Position numbers and translations under genes: made by a program. Below the pieces are notes generated by a model, which worked only from the letters and a program-made list of their open reading frames with translations, did no database searches and was not told where the DNA came from. Below are positions 47,610 through 57,132 of a stretch of 64,000 nt of DNA, one piece after another. The DNA comes from Infirmifilum sp. (lineage in GTDB: Archaea > Thermoproteota > Thermoprotei > Thermofilales > Thermofilaceae): positions 15,634-79,633 of the forward strand of contig JBEULP010000062.1 in assembly GCA_041287245.1 (NCBI GenBank). The letters run 5' to 3'. Every line of letters begins with the position of its first letter. Within the stretch, counting starts at the first letter, position 1.

Positions 47610-48566
47610 ATGAGTACACCGAGGAGGCTTTTCAAGCTTGGAAAAGCCAGCCTAGCAGTAACCCTCCCGAGGAAGTGGGTCGACAGGAATAACCTTAGAG
47701 AAGGCGACTCTGTCTTCGTAGAGGAATATGACAATTACCTCCTAGTCTCCCCGGCTAAGCCCCGCGAAGAGGCATTCGAAGAGACTAAAGTCTTAGAGGC
47801 GGCTCAGGGAGACGAGGACACAGTCGAAAGAATGATAATCGCGCTTTACCAGGCGGGCTACTCGTCAATTAAAGTGGTATCGAGATCTGGTAGGGTTCCC
47901 TTGTCTCTACGTGAAGCTATACGTAGAACCTTGAAGCGTCTCGTTGGACTTGAGGTTTTCGAGGAAGGTTCTGATTATATACTTCTCCAGATGCTTGCCG
48001 ACACCGCCTCCATCGAGGTGCCTAAAATACTAAACAGAATGGAGATCCTCATACTTAATAGTATAAAGGATTTGGAAGAGTTTGCCAACACGGGGGATAC
48101 TTCCTACCTTAAAGATATAATTGAGAGGGATGAGGAGATAGATAAATTCTATTTTCTCCTGAGCAGACAGATAACGCTTTCACTTCTATACTCCTGGTAT
48201 CCAAGTAAGATAGGTGTGCAGGAAAAGACTTTGCTTCTCCCCATGTTTAACTACGGGAAAACACTGGAGAGGATAGGAGATGTCATAGTTAACATAGCGA
48301 GAATAGCATACACCATTGATTTTACAGTGGAGATCGTCAACTTGATACGCTCAGCCTTTGAAAACGGTGTTAAAGCGTTTAAGACAGGAGACGAGGCTGC
48401 AAAGCTCGAAATCACAAAGACGTATAGAGAATACTTTGAAAAGATCCAGGCTTTCAGCCTGATAGACCACCTACTCGGAAACATTGTGTCACTAGTTTTA
48501 GACATGCTAGAGTCGCGGGTTGAGCTAGAAGTATTCAGCGATTTCTTCTCGAAGAAGAAACAATAA
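47610..48566 (+). CDS. AbrB-PhoU family regulator
   Basis: SLAVTLPRKWV N-terminus; RDEEIDKFY; LERIGD. Confidence 0.85.
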   Translation: MSTPRRLFKLGKASLAVTLPRKWVDRNNLREGDSVFVEEYDNYLLVSPAKPREEAFEETKVLEAAQGDEDTVERMIIALYQAGYSSIKVVSRSGRVPLSLREAIRRTLKRLVGLEVFEEGSDYILLQMLADTASIEVPKILNRMEILILNSIKDLEEFANTGDTSYLKDIIERDEEIDKFYFLLSRQITLSLLYSWYPSKIGVQEKTLLLPMFNYGKTLERIGDVIVNIARIAYTIDFTVEIVNLIRSAFENGVKAFKTGDEAAKLEITKTYREYFEKIQAFSLIDHLLGNIVSLVLDMLESRVELEVFSDFFSKKKQ

Positions 48567-48680
48567 CCTAGGGCTCCAGGATCCTACAATCAATATTACC
48601 CCCGCTACCCCACCTAAAGGTTTAAGTACGGCTCCATGTGAAGCCAATGGCACCCGCGAAGCATATATACTCTAGGAGCA

Positions 48681-48741
48681 CACCACAAACCAATGAACCC
48701 CTAAAAGGAGCCCCCGCCCCTTAGGGCGGGAAGGAGGTCAG
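48681..48741 (+). mobile_element. isolated IS200/IS605 right-end remnant
   Basis: ACCACAAACCAATGAACCCCTAAAAGGAGCCCCCGCCCCTTAGGGCGGGAAGGAGGTCAG, homologous to 28885-28946. Confidence 0.75.
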
Positions 48742-48782
48742 CTTTGGGTAAACAGGTAAAAGAGTATCCGTCGAGACGTTTT

Positions 48783-49472
48783 TCACTTGAAGTACAAGTG
48801 TATGCGCACCTTATCTAGCAGCGCCCAACGCTCAGCGACTACTATTGTCCCTCTGAGCTCTCCAGTAAGGCTTGAGGTTGAGAATATAAGTATACCGTTA
48901 CTCCTGAGTATTCGAACGGCGTCGCGAAGCATTTCTTCGAGGACTTCGAGTCCTAACCCGCCGCACGCCGATTCGCCGTAAGTCCCCCGTGGGTTTAGAG
49001 GGAAGTATGGAGGGTTACTGACAACAAAATCGAAAACATCTTTCCTTAAGCACTTTGCCTCTGGACAAACTACGGGGTGAAAAAGATGGTCCAGGCGGTT
49101 CCTATAGGCGTTCCGCGAAGCTGCGTGTATACATTTGAAGTCTATATCTGTCCCGACAATCTCCACATCGAGCTTCTTGCATAACGCGAGGGCAAGTGCA
49201 CCAGTACCTACTCCAATCTCGCAGCCCAACTTTCCCCTAACAAAGTGTACAGCGACGTCGTATGCTAAACCTGTCGAGAGGAAGATGGGTGGGAAGCAAC
49301 CCTTTGGAACTTCTACCCTTACCTCTTTGAACTCGAATTGGCTGCCAATGAAACGCGAGAAGAGGTTTAAGAGGAATAGAGATGCCAAAGCCCTTACTCT
49401 GGCTGCGAGGTTCGCCCGTCTTAGAACCTGTAGGCTTTTGCCCCGGGGATCTATATTACTCTTGCGAATCAC
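48783..49472 (-). CDS. HemK/PrmC-like methyltransferase
   Basis: EIGVGTG, GTDID, SNPPY. Confidence 0.8.
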   Translation of the reverse strand: MIRKSNIDPRGKSLQVLRRANLAARVRALASLFLLNLFSRFIGSQFEFKEVRVEVPKGCFPPIFLSTGLAYDVAVHFVRGKLGCEIGVGTGALALALCKKLDVEIVGTDIDFKCIHAASRNAYRNRLDHLFHPVVCPEAKCLRKDVFDFVVSNPPYFPLNPRGTYGESACGGLGLEVLEEMLRDAVRILRSNGILIFSTSSLTGELRGTIVVAERWALLDKVRIHLYFK

Positions 49473-49481
49473 ATGGCCGCC

Positions 49482-49904
49482 CTAGTGGGAGTCCGTTAAG
49501 TTAATTCTAAACTCATATCCATAGAGCTTGAAGCCGAGCTTCTCGTACCACTTGTGTACCTCGTCTCGTCCAAACCTGCTTGTGGCGATGATCTTATAAC
49601 AGCCTAGCTCTCTAGCGGTCTCGATCGCTTTAGTGACTAGTAGAGTACCCACTCCTTTACCCCTATCTTCCTCGTTGACATAAACGTCTTCAAGCAGAGC
49701 GTAGGGCTGGTTATGTAGGTCGTTACGAATGAGATAGATGTAACAATGTCCGAGCTCACGGCCATCCTCCTCTACAGAAATCCGTAGCCCAGAGCTGGTA
49801 ACTTGGGTTTTCTTGATCTCCACGATTCCTTCAGTGTGAAGTGCAGCTATATAAGCGTGATCGACGGCGAGGTTTATAGAGTTAGAGATAAAAAATTCAT
49901 ACAT
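49482..49904 (-). CDS. GNAT acetyltransferase (start probably GTG 49823)
   Basis: EDVYVNEEDRGKGVG, GCYKI, WYEKLGF. Confidence 0.85.
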   Translation of the reverse strand: MYEFFISNSINLAVDHAYIAALHTEGIVEIKKTQVTSSGLRISVEEDGRELGHCYIYLIRNDLHNQPYALLEDVYVNEEDRGKGVGTLLVTKAIETARELGCYKIIATSRFGRDEVHKWYEKLGFKLYGYEFRINLTDSH

Positions 49905-49988
49905 GTATTTAAATATTAAACATTTTTTTAGAGGATATCAGCGATAAGAATATTAAGGAGAAGCGTAGAGCGCATACCCGATTAACTC

Positions 49989-50405
49989 TTGGTCGAGATA
50001 GAGATAAAGGGAGAGCTCCACAAACGTGTTAAAAACGGAAGGAAAGTCTACAGAGGCTTCTTCGTGATCATAGTTGACGGGAAAGTGCAGATGAACCTGG
50101 GAATGCGTAACGCCCAGGGCAACTTCGACGGCAACAAGAAAATCAGCTTTAACAGGACTGTCAGCATTGTTGGCAAAGCAGGCCCAAGCGGGCTAGAGGG
50201 AAGTGGGCCAGACGGCGGAAAATGGTTCGTACTACATCTAGCCCCATCGGATAGTAGGAGAAAAATAGCTGTAAAGCTTCCAATATTTGAAGATGAGAGC
50301 TTAAGGCTAGAAATAACAGGTTCGTTCGATATCTCAGGGTTAGACCTATGCAGCAGCTGTGACTACACCCAGATCCTTGAACTGGAAAAGCCCCTAGAAG
50401 CTTAA
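49989..50405 (+). CDS. hypothetical protein
   Basis: 138-aa ORF with protein-like composition. Confidence 0.6.
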   Translation: MVEIEIKGELHKRVKNGRKVYRGFFVIIVDGKVQMNLGMRNAQGNFDGNKKISFNRTVSIVGKAGPSGLEGSGPDGGKWFVLHLAPSDSRRKIAVKLPIFEDESLRLEITGSFDISGLDLCSSCDYTQILELEKPLEA

Positions 50406-50834
50406 AGCCCTTATTTTAGAAGGGTTTAATGGAGCATTAACCTCTGGGATAACCTCGGAAATATGAACCTCTCTGTCTCCTACAAGAACAACATGTCTTG
50501 TAGTGCGCGGGGGGAAGAGATCCCCCTTTAATGCGCGGGATATCACCTCAGATTTATCGTAGGTGTCGCCGTTAACCCAGCTTTTCACCTGTATTCTCGG
50601 ATCATAGTAATTTACAAGTGCTACTGGGATTTGAGCTAACCCGAGCCGTTTAAATGCCTCCAGCCTGTGATGCCCGTCTAGGAGAACCAAGTTTTTCTCA
50701 TCGGCTATAACCGGTTTTCTCAAGAGGCCATCTGTGAAGAGTTCCTCTAGGAGAAGCTCGACTCTCTCTTCAATGTATTTTTCGTGTGGTTTTAGATTAG
50801 ATATGTTCACCAAGATAATTTTTATTGCAATCAT
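50394..50834 (-). CDS. ParB/Srx-fold protein (SbnI/SerK-like)
   Basis: LKPHE, KPVIAD, LDGHHR, LFPPRTTRH. Confidence 0.75.
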   Translation of the reverse strand: MIAIKIILVNISNLKPHEKYIEERVELLLEELFTDGLLRKPVIADEKNLVLLDGHHRLEAFKRLGLAQIPVALVNYYDPRIQVKSWVNGDTYDKSEVISRALKGDLFPPRTTRHVVLVGDREVHISEVIPEVNAPLNPSKIRALSF

Positions 50835-50962
50835 GCTTAAAAATATACATTAATGCAACAATAAAAACCTTTTGGCGGGAATAAAGCACGACAAAGCTCA
50901 GCACAATCAAGTGTGCCTTGCTAAAACGATATCAGCCAATTATACGGGACAACAATATGTTG

Positions 50963-51979
50963 TCACGCGATGTCATGCAGGTCTATCGTAGCCTCTAGTA
51001 TGTCGGTGGAGTAATCGGCAACTCTCCTATAACTCCCTATAATAGACCTGAGCGTGGTAAGAAGTTTTGCATCATTAATAGAATAAATGCTGGAGAGTTT
51101 TTTCTCAACCTCCTTTAACTCTTCTACTTTAATATCTAACAGATCGTTTGCCTGCTTCTTGTCTCTCTCAAGGAAAGTCCTTACACTCTCCTCGAAAAAG
51201 CCTGTTATAGTCTCTCCGTACATGAGGATGTCTTCTAGCCCCGAAAAGGACTTAGGAATTTCTACCATGTTTATGGCTATTGAGGCGGCGTGATCCCCGA
51301 TTCTCTCGATGTTTTTGAGAACCATCCCATATGAAAGGATCTCCTCGCTCCTGGAAAGCCCTATCTCCTCTAGCGTGACGTACCCCTTAAGCGCCGTGTT
51401 TAACTGGCGTAGCCCGTAGAGGTAAAGCTTGTCTACGATATCATCCCGTGCGAGAATCTCCTCTGTATTCATTTTTTCTATTTCATTTTTCCTTAGGAGA
51501 TCGATAGCGTCTCGAAGCATGCTCTTATTTGTATCCTTCATTTTTAGGATGATGCTTGAAATCGGCAGGTCTTCCACATTTACAAGAACCTGAATTGTCA
51601 TTTCACGTGAATCCTCGTGAAGCACCTCGGCTCCAATGAGCTTCCTCACAGCTATCTCTTTCAGCTTACTTCTCAATAAAGGGTCATCACGCGAGAACTT
51701 TAAGTGTATAATCTTGTACCCCACTAGGTATTTAGACATGACTTCACGTAAAACGGCCCCATGCGTGGAATCCTTCTTTACGAGAATCTCAGTCATGTTC
51801 GCGGCCTGAGATTTCTTCCCACTTGGGACAATCCTAATGCTGCCGTCGTGTTCCAGTGATAGACTAACCATACTGCCTTGTTTAATACCCATGCTAGACG
51901 CCCACTCCTTGGGTATAGAGACTATAAAAGTCGAGCCGCCCGTTACCTGGACACGCCTAACAACCTTTTGACTAGACAT
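50963..51979 (-). CDS. AbrB-PhoU family regulator
   Basis: RRVQVTGGSTFIVSIPKEW; RDDIVDKLY; IERIGDHA; RRVADY. Confidence 0.9.
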   Translation of the reverse strand: MSSQKVVRRVQVTGGSTFIVSIPKEWASSMGIKQGSMVSLSLEHDGSIRIVPSGKKSQAANMTEILVKKDSTHGAVLREVMSKYLVGYKIIHLKFSRDDPLLRSKLKEIAVRKLIGAEVLHEDSREMTIQVLVNVEDLPISSIILKMKDTNKSMLRDAIDLLRKNEIEKMNTEEILARDDIVDKLYLYGLRQLNTALKGYVTLEEIGLSRSEEILSYGMVLKNIERIGDHAASIAINMVEIPKSFSGLEDILMYGETITGFFEESVRTFLERDKKQANDLLDIKVEELKEVEKKLSSIYSINDAKLLTTLRSIIGSYRRVADYSTDILEATIDLHDIA

Positions 51980-52315
51980 TTTTATATCAAGCTATTTTTG
52001 AAAAAGATAATTATATAGTTTACTATATTTTAAGATTCTAATAAATATCTCCTAAGGAATAATATGCAAACTTTTGTACAACACGAGTAGAGCATAAGCT
52101 GTCTCAATAGAATATCCTGAAAAGAGCCCAATTCTCCTGGACATCTGTTAGGTTCAGACTTTACTTTTGAAGCAACTGGGATAGCTTTTTGTGAAAGCTC
52201 ACTTTGCTTGACTTGTTGTCTTCTTATATGTATATATCGAAAATATTCAACTTCCTAATTTATAAAATTAAGGAATAAGCTTAATAAGAAGCAAACTTTC
52301 CAGGTTTAGGTATTT

Positions 52316-52672
52316 ATGGTTGACCCGGCTACAACTTTACTTGTCGTTACGGGTCTGGGAGTACTTGCGGGCCTACTTGTGCTTTTGCTTGCCTTTTTAC
52401 TCGAGAAAGGCCCTGAGGGGAAATTCAAAGCTCAGAGGTATGAAGCGGGGAACCCCCCAAAGGGAGAGGCGAAGATGAGGCTCCCATACCAGTACTACGG
52501 ATACCTTCTCCTCTATTTAGGGGTTGAGCCACTCGTAATCCTTCTCTACCTTTTACCTTATTCAAGCCTTTCTTCAACGTTTTTGGTTGTCGGTTTGATA
52601 ATACTAATACTCACCCCCGTTATGATCTGGGGTCTCAGGCAGTCAGATAACATAAACCTATGGAGAATATAG
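52316..52672 (+). CDS. nuoA: complex I-like subunit A
   Basis: RYEAGNPP, QYYGYLLLY..VE. Confidence 0.88.
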   Translation: MVDPATTLLVVTGLGVLAGLLVLLLAFLLEKGPEGKFKAQRYEAGNPPKGEAKMRLPYQYYGYLLLYLGVEPLVILLYLLPYSSLSSTFLVVGLIILILTPVMIWGLRQSDNINLWRI

Positions 52673-53200
52673 GTGATTTCCTTGTCATGTCCCTTAGGAT
52701 TCGTGCTTGTGGGAAACCTGGAGGAATCAGCTCGAAAGGCTACTCGATGGCTGGTCGAGAAAACCCCTATACGCTCGCTTAGGGATTGGGCTATATCCTT
52801 CAGTCTCTGGCCGGTGCACTTCACAACCTCTTGTTGCGGTGCAGAGTTTGCTGCAGCGTCGGCGCCAAGGTTTGACGCTGAACGGCTAGGTTTTCTCCCC
52901 TTCAACTCTCCTAGGCAGACCAACCTCTTAGTTGTTGAGGGAACGTTGACGAAGAAGATGGGTGAGGCTGCGAAGATTGTTTATGACCAGATGCCCTGGC
53001 CCAAGTTTGTGATAGCGATGGGTGCTTGCGCTATAGACGGTGGTGTTTTCTACAACAGTTATAATATTGTGAGGCCTAAAGACATCCTCCCAGTAGAATA
53101 TTTTATTCCAGGCTGCCCCCCGAGGCCTGAGGCTGTGGCGCGCGCCATCGTCATGCTTCAAGAGAAGGTGAGGAGCGGTGAGTGGAGTAGAAGAGGCTAA
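52673..53200 (+). CDS. nuoB: complex I-like subunit B
   Basis: TSCCGAE, MGACAIDGG, PGCPPRPE. Confidence 0.92.
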   Translation: MISLSCPLGFVLVGNLEESARKATRWLVEKTPIRSLRDWAISFSLWPVHFTTSCCGAEFAAASAPRFDAERLGFLPFNSPRQTNLLVVEGTLTKKMGEAAKIVYDQMPWPKFVIAMGACAIDGGVFYNSYNIVRPKDILPVEYFIPGCPPRPEAVARAIVMLQEKVRSGEWSRRG

Positions 53201-53657
53201 AAGCATAGGGGAGAGATTCGCAGCTAAGGGATTGGAGGTCAAGGTTCTCGATAATAGGGTACGGGTTTTTGTCTCGCCGGATAGGCTCAGAGAGGTAGCG
53301 GAGGAGGCTCTGAACCTAGGCTTTGACCACTTGGCATCAATAGAGGGCATAGACTGGCCTCCGCTCAATGCGATAGAAGTCGTTTATCACGCTGAGAGCT
53401 ACAGCGAGAACTTACGCAACATTATATTGGAAGTTAGAGTCAAGCTTCCACGCGAGAATCCAGCCCTCCCAAGCCTTATAGACGTTTGGCCTAACGCTAT
53501 ACTTCTTGAGCGCGAAACATGGGAAATGCTTGGTGTTGTATTCCAGGGGAACCCTGATCTCAGGCACCTGCTTTTACCCCCTGATTGGTCGGACATCCCC
53601 CCGCTCCGGAAGGACTATAAAGTTGTAGAGGAGGGTGTTTATGTTAACCTCGAGTGA
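53178..53657 (+). CDS. nuoC: complex I-like subunit C
   Basis: ERETWEMLG, GNPDLR, PLRKDY. Confidence 0.9.
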   Translation: MSGVEEAKSIGERFAAKGLEVKVLDNRVRVFVSPDRLREVAEEALNLGFDHLASIEGIDWPPLNAIEVVYHAESYSENLRNIILEVRVKLPRENPALPSLIDVWPNAILLERETWEMLGVVFQGNPDLRHLLLPPDWSDIPPLRKDYKVVEEGVYVNLE

Positions 53658-54861
53658 GACGGGAGGAGTTATATATAGCAGGTTGATAGCAAAGGAAGGG
53701 GACGAGACAACATACGAGCTCTTCATAGGCCCCCAGCATCCATCCTCGGGGCATATGCGTTTTATCGTGCGCCTGGAGGGAGACGTTATCGTCAGCGTTG
53801 ACCCCGACATTGGTTACGTTCATAGGACCATGGAAAAACTCGCTGAGGGGCGCGAGGTTATAAAGTCTATTCCCCTGCTTGAGAGGATGACCATTATTGA
53901 TAGCCACAACGTCACGCTTGGGCTTGTGCTGGCACTCGAAAAGCTTCTCGACGTTCAACCCCCACCGCGGGCACAGTACCTTAGAACCCTTCTATCAGAG
54001 ATAACCAGGATCTCCAGCCACCTCTACGGCTTTGGTATAGCGGGAATCATGCTCAACCACTCGACAATGTTCATGTGGGCCTTCGGAGACAGGGAGGTCT
54101 GGGTACAGCTAGCGGAGGAGCTAACAGGTGCCAGGCTGACGACGACGTACAGCGTCCCTGGCGGTGTACGCCGCGACCTACCACAGGGCTTCCCGGACAA
54201 GGCGGAGAAGGCTATAAGGTATATGGAGAAGAGGTTGAAGGACTATATGGCTGTCTTCCTGGAGAACCCCCAGGTTAAGTCAAGGTATGAAGGTGTGGGG
54301 GTTCTAAGCAAGTCTGAGGCTAGTAGACTTGGAATTGTGGGGCCAAACCTCCGTGCGAGCGGGGTCAAGTATGATGCTAGAATAGCTGAGCCCTACGCTG
54401 CATACAATGAGCTGGAGTTTGAGGTTCCTACGAGGGAAGAGGGGGACTGTTACGCGAGGATGCTTGTTAGAGTCGAGGAGATCAAGCAGAGTATGAGTAT
54501 TATACGCCAGGTTCTTAAGAAGATGCCTCAGGGGCCCTTCTTCGCCGAGAAGTATACGCGCCTTCTTCCACCGCAGCTCCGGGAAGATGTTCTCAGGACT
54601 GGCCGTGTGAAGTTTCCGGGGATATTTGCCTCCCTAAAACTGCCCGAGGGTGACGCTGTTAGCAGGGTTGAGATGGGTCATGGGGAAGTATTCTATCATG
54701 TGACTGGGAACGGCACTATAAAGCCTTATAGGCTAAGGGTTGTAACGCCCTCCTTCCGGAACGTGATTCTATTCAGGTATCTCATGCCTGGCCACAGGTT
54801 TATGGACTTCCCAGCTATATATGGTAGTTTAGACTATTTCCCGCCGGAGGCGGATAGGTGA
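53635..54861 (+). CDS. nuoD: complex I-like subunit D
   Basis: GPQHP, GYVHRTMEK, GPNLRASG, GDCYAR, PYRL..TPSF; no CxxC. Confidence 0.92.
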   Translation: MFMLTSSETGGVIYSRLIAKEGDETTYELFIGPQHPSSGHMRFIVRLEGDVIVSVDPDIGYVHRTMEKLAEGREVIKSIPLLERMTIIDSHNVTLGLVLALEKLLDVQPPPRAQYLRTLLSEITRISSHLYGFGIAGIMLNHSTMFMWAFGDREVWVQLAEELTGARLTTTYSVPGGVRRDLPQGFPDKAEKAIRYMEKRLKDYMAVFLENPQVKSRYEGVGVLSKSEASRLGIVGPNLRASGVKYDARIAEPYAAYNELEFEVPTREEGDCYARMLVRVEEIKQSMSIIRQVLKKMPQGPFFAEKYTRLLPPQLREDVLRTGRVKFPGIFASLKLPEGDAVSRVEMGHGEVFYHVTGNGTIKPYRLRVVTPSFRNVILFRYLMPGHRFMDFPAIYGSLDYFPPEADR

Positions 54862-55889
54862 TTCCCATGGTGGCGGATGAATTATTAGGACGGATAATAA
54901 GGCTCCTCTTGAGTCCTCAGATATTCGCCCCAATCGTCTTCCCCGGGCTTCTTACAGCCCTTACCGTCCTCTTGATAATCATATGGGCTGAGAGGAAAAT
55001 AGCTGCCCGCGTACAAATGCGTGTAGGACCCTTAAACGTTACCCGGAGGCTCGGCGGGGTTTTACAGATGCTAGCCGATGGTACGCGCTACATGTTTCAG
55101 GAGTTTATTGTTCCTGAAACAGCTGACCGTGGGCCTTTTCTCGCGGCACCTGTACTCGCCCTAACACTGGCAATAGTTCCTTTTGCCTTCATCCCATCAG
55201 CTCCCGGCTTTACCCCTATAAAGATAGCCTACTCTCTACCAGCTGTGCTTGCTTTGATATCGGCTATCCCACTCTCAGTGATGCTAATGGGGTGGGCGTC
55301 GAACAACAAGTTCGCAATACAAGGGGCGGTTAGAGAGGCTTTCATGGGACTCGCCTATGAGCTCGTAGTTTTCCTCAGCGCGCTGGCTATGGGTATTCTA
55401 TACGGAACCTTGGACCTCGAAGAGGCTGTGGCTAGGCAATGGCTCCCCGGCGCGTTGCTGAACCCTGTGGCAGCCTTCACATTCTTCGTTGGAATGATCA
55501 TGAGCGCTGGCAAGCTGCCATTCGATATTGTTGAAGGCGAACAGGAAATCGTTGCGGGCCCATACGTCGAGTATACGGGTATCATCTTCGGCATTGGGAT
55601 GGGTCTGGCGTACCTAAAGCTGTATTCTCTCTCCCTTGTCTTCACCATATTGTTTTTGGCTGGGTGGGAGCCAGTTATTCCTGCCCTGTATTCCATCTAC
55701 CCTGGTATAGCGGGGATCTTCTTGTTCGTCAAGGCTTTCCTATTAATGCTCTTCATTGTTTTTCTAAGGGCGGTTTACGGGAGATACCGTTTAGACCAGG
55801 CTTTACGGGCAGGCTGGAGGTTTTATCTTCCTCTTTCTTTAATCGCGATTCTCTTATCAGTGGTGTTGAGGGTGATGGGTGTTGTCTAG
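54858..55889 (+). CDS. nuoH: complex I-like subunit H
   Basis: ERKIAARVQMRVGP, PFDIVEGEQEIVAG..VEY, RYRLDQ. Confidence 0.92.
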   Translation: MIPMVADELLGRIIRLLLSPQIFAPIVFPGLLTALTVLLIIIWAERKIAARVQMRVGPLNVTRRLGGVLQMLADGTRYMFQEFIVPETADRGPFLAAPVLALTLAIVPFAFIPSAPGFTPIKIAYSLPAVLALISAIPLSVMLMGWASNNKFAIQGAVREAFMGLAYELVVFLSALAMGILYGTLDLEEAVARQWLPGALLNPVAAFTFFVGMIMSAGKLPFDIVEGEQEIVAGPYVEYTGIIFGIGMGLAYLKLYSLSLVFTILFLAGWEPVIPALYSIYPGIAGIFLFVKAFLLMLFIVFLRAVYGRYRLDQALRAGWRFYLPLSLIAILLSVVLRVMGVV

Positions 55890-56358
55890 AGAGATAGAGT
55901 CTCTTAAGGGGCATGTTAAAGCCATAGCAACAGGCTTGAAGTACCTGTTTTTCCCGAACAGGATTACAGTGTACTACCCCGAGGAATATACCGAGCTGCC
56001 AGACGGGTACCGCGGCCTGATAAAGTATTACCCTGACAAATGCATCCAATGTGGGCTCTGCGCTATGATCTGCCCCGCAGGCGCCATGAAAATGTACCGC
56101 ACCAGCACCGACAAGAAGGGCAGACCTGGCGTCAACTACCAGAGGTGCATCTTCTGCGGCTTCTGCGTAGACATATGCCCCCAAAACGCTTTGGAGATGA
56201 CCAAGGTTCACGACGTGGCCTATAAAACACCGGATGAGATGATTTTGCCTCCAGACAAGTTCTCACAGGAGCCCGTTTCACCCGCCGTAGCGGCGGGGGC
56301 TAGAAAGCTTAGAACAGTATTCGACGAGGAGAGGGGGTTGAGGTATGAGCGGGTTTAG
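55879..56358 (+). CDS. nuoI: complex I-like subunit I
   Basis: CIQCGLCAMICP and CIFCGFCVDICP. Confidence 0.92.
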   Translation: MLSREIESLKGHVKAIATGLKYLFFPNRITVYYPEEYTELPDGYRGLIKYYPDKCIQCGLCAMICPAGAMKMYRTSTDKKGRPGVNYQRCIFCGFCVDICPQNALEMTKVHDVAYKTPDEMILPPDKFSQEPVSPAVAAGARKLRTVFDEERGLRYERV

Positions 56359-56845
56359 CATGTTCGAACTAGCTTTCATATTAGCGAGCCTAGCGGCTAT
56401 GGCGGCTGCTATATTTAGCGTTAAGGCTCGAGAGGACTTTTACGCTGCAATACTCCTCGGAATCACGGGGCTCTCCACTGCCGCTCTTCTCGCTCTACTA
56501 GGCTACGGCTTCATAGCAGTTTTTCACTCACTAGTATATGTGGGGGCTACAGTCATGTTCGTAATATTCGGCGTTGTACTGATAGGCCGTACATGTGGGT
56601 ATGAGGGGAAGATGGTAGCGCCGGCTCTAATAGCATCTACTCTACTAGCCGTCTCACTGCTAGCCTTGTTCTTAGAGCAGGGCTTGACGGGTTTCAGGAT
56701 TGTTAGCCTAGATTTGGGAAAGCTGCAAGAAATACTGTTCGTGGAGAATCCCATGGCCCTCCTCTTCCTAGGCTTTTCACTCGCTATTCTCATCGTAGCC
56801 GGTATAATGTTGGCGTCAGGTGGTGAAGAGGTGGTTACAGGGTGA
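56345..56845 (+). CDS. nuoJ: complex I-like subunit J
   Basis: LVYVGA; TM segments; position. Confidence 0.85.
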   Translation: MSGFSMFELAFILASLAAMAAAIFSVKAREDFYAAILLGITGLSTAALLALLGYGFIAVFHSLVYVGATVMFVIFGVVLIGRTCGYEGKMVAPALIASTLLAVSLLALFLEQGLTGFRIVSLDLGKLQEILFVENPMALLFLGFSLAILIVAGIMLASGGEEVVTG

Positions 56846-57132
56846 ATGTGGAGGCTATACTACTTGTTTCGGCTGTCTTGATTCAGGCTGGAGCTTATGG
56901 GGCCATAACGAACAGGAGTGCAATAAAGATACTAATTTCGCTTGAAGTGATGTTCAACGGTGCTCTTTTGGCTGTTCTAACCCTTGCCGCAAGCGTCCCG
57001 GAGCTAGCCTCCTCGCTCGCCTTACTCGCTATCTCACTCAGTAGCGTAGAGGTGGGTATTCTGATCTCGATTTTCGTTTTACTTTTTAGGAGAGTTAAAA
57101 CTGTAGATGTTTATGAGGTTCCTAGGGGGTGA
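56842..57132 (+). CDS. nuoK: complex I-like subunit K
   Basis: ISLEVMFN, VEVGI; three TM segments. Confidence 0.85.
   Translation: MNVEAILLVSAVLIQAGAYGAITNRSAIKILISLEVMFNGALLAVLTLAASVPELASSLALLAISLSSVEVGILISIFVLLFRRVKTVDVYEVPRG

Noticed and set aside
50948..50964. Palindrome GACAACA-ATA-TGTTGTC at the end of the phoU-like gene
   Set aside because: Single short copy with spacing different from the 12042 motif; cannot be distinguished from chance
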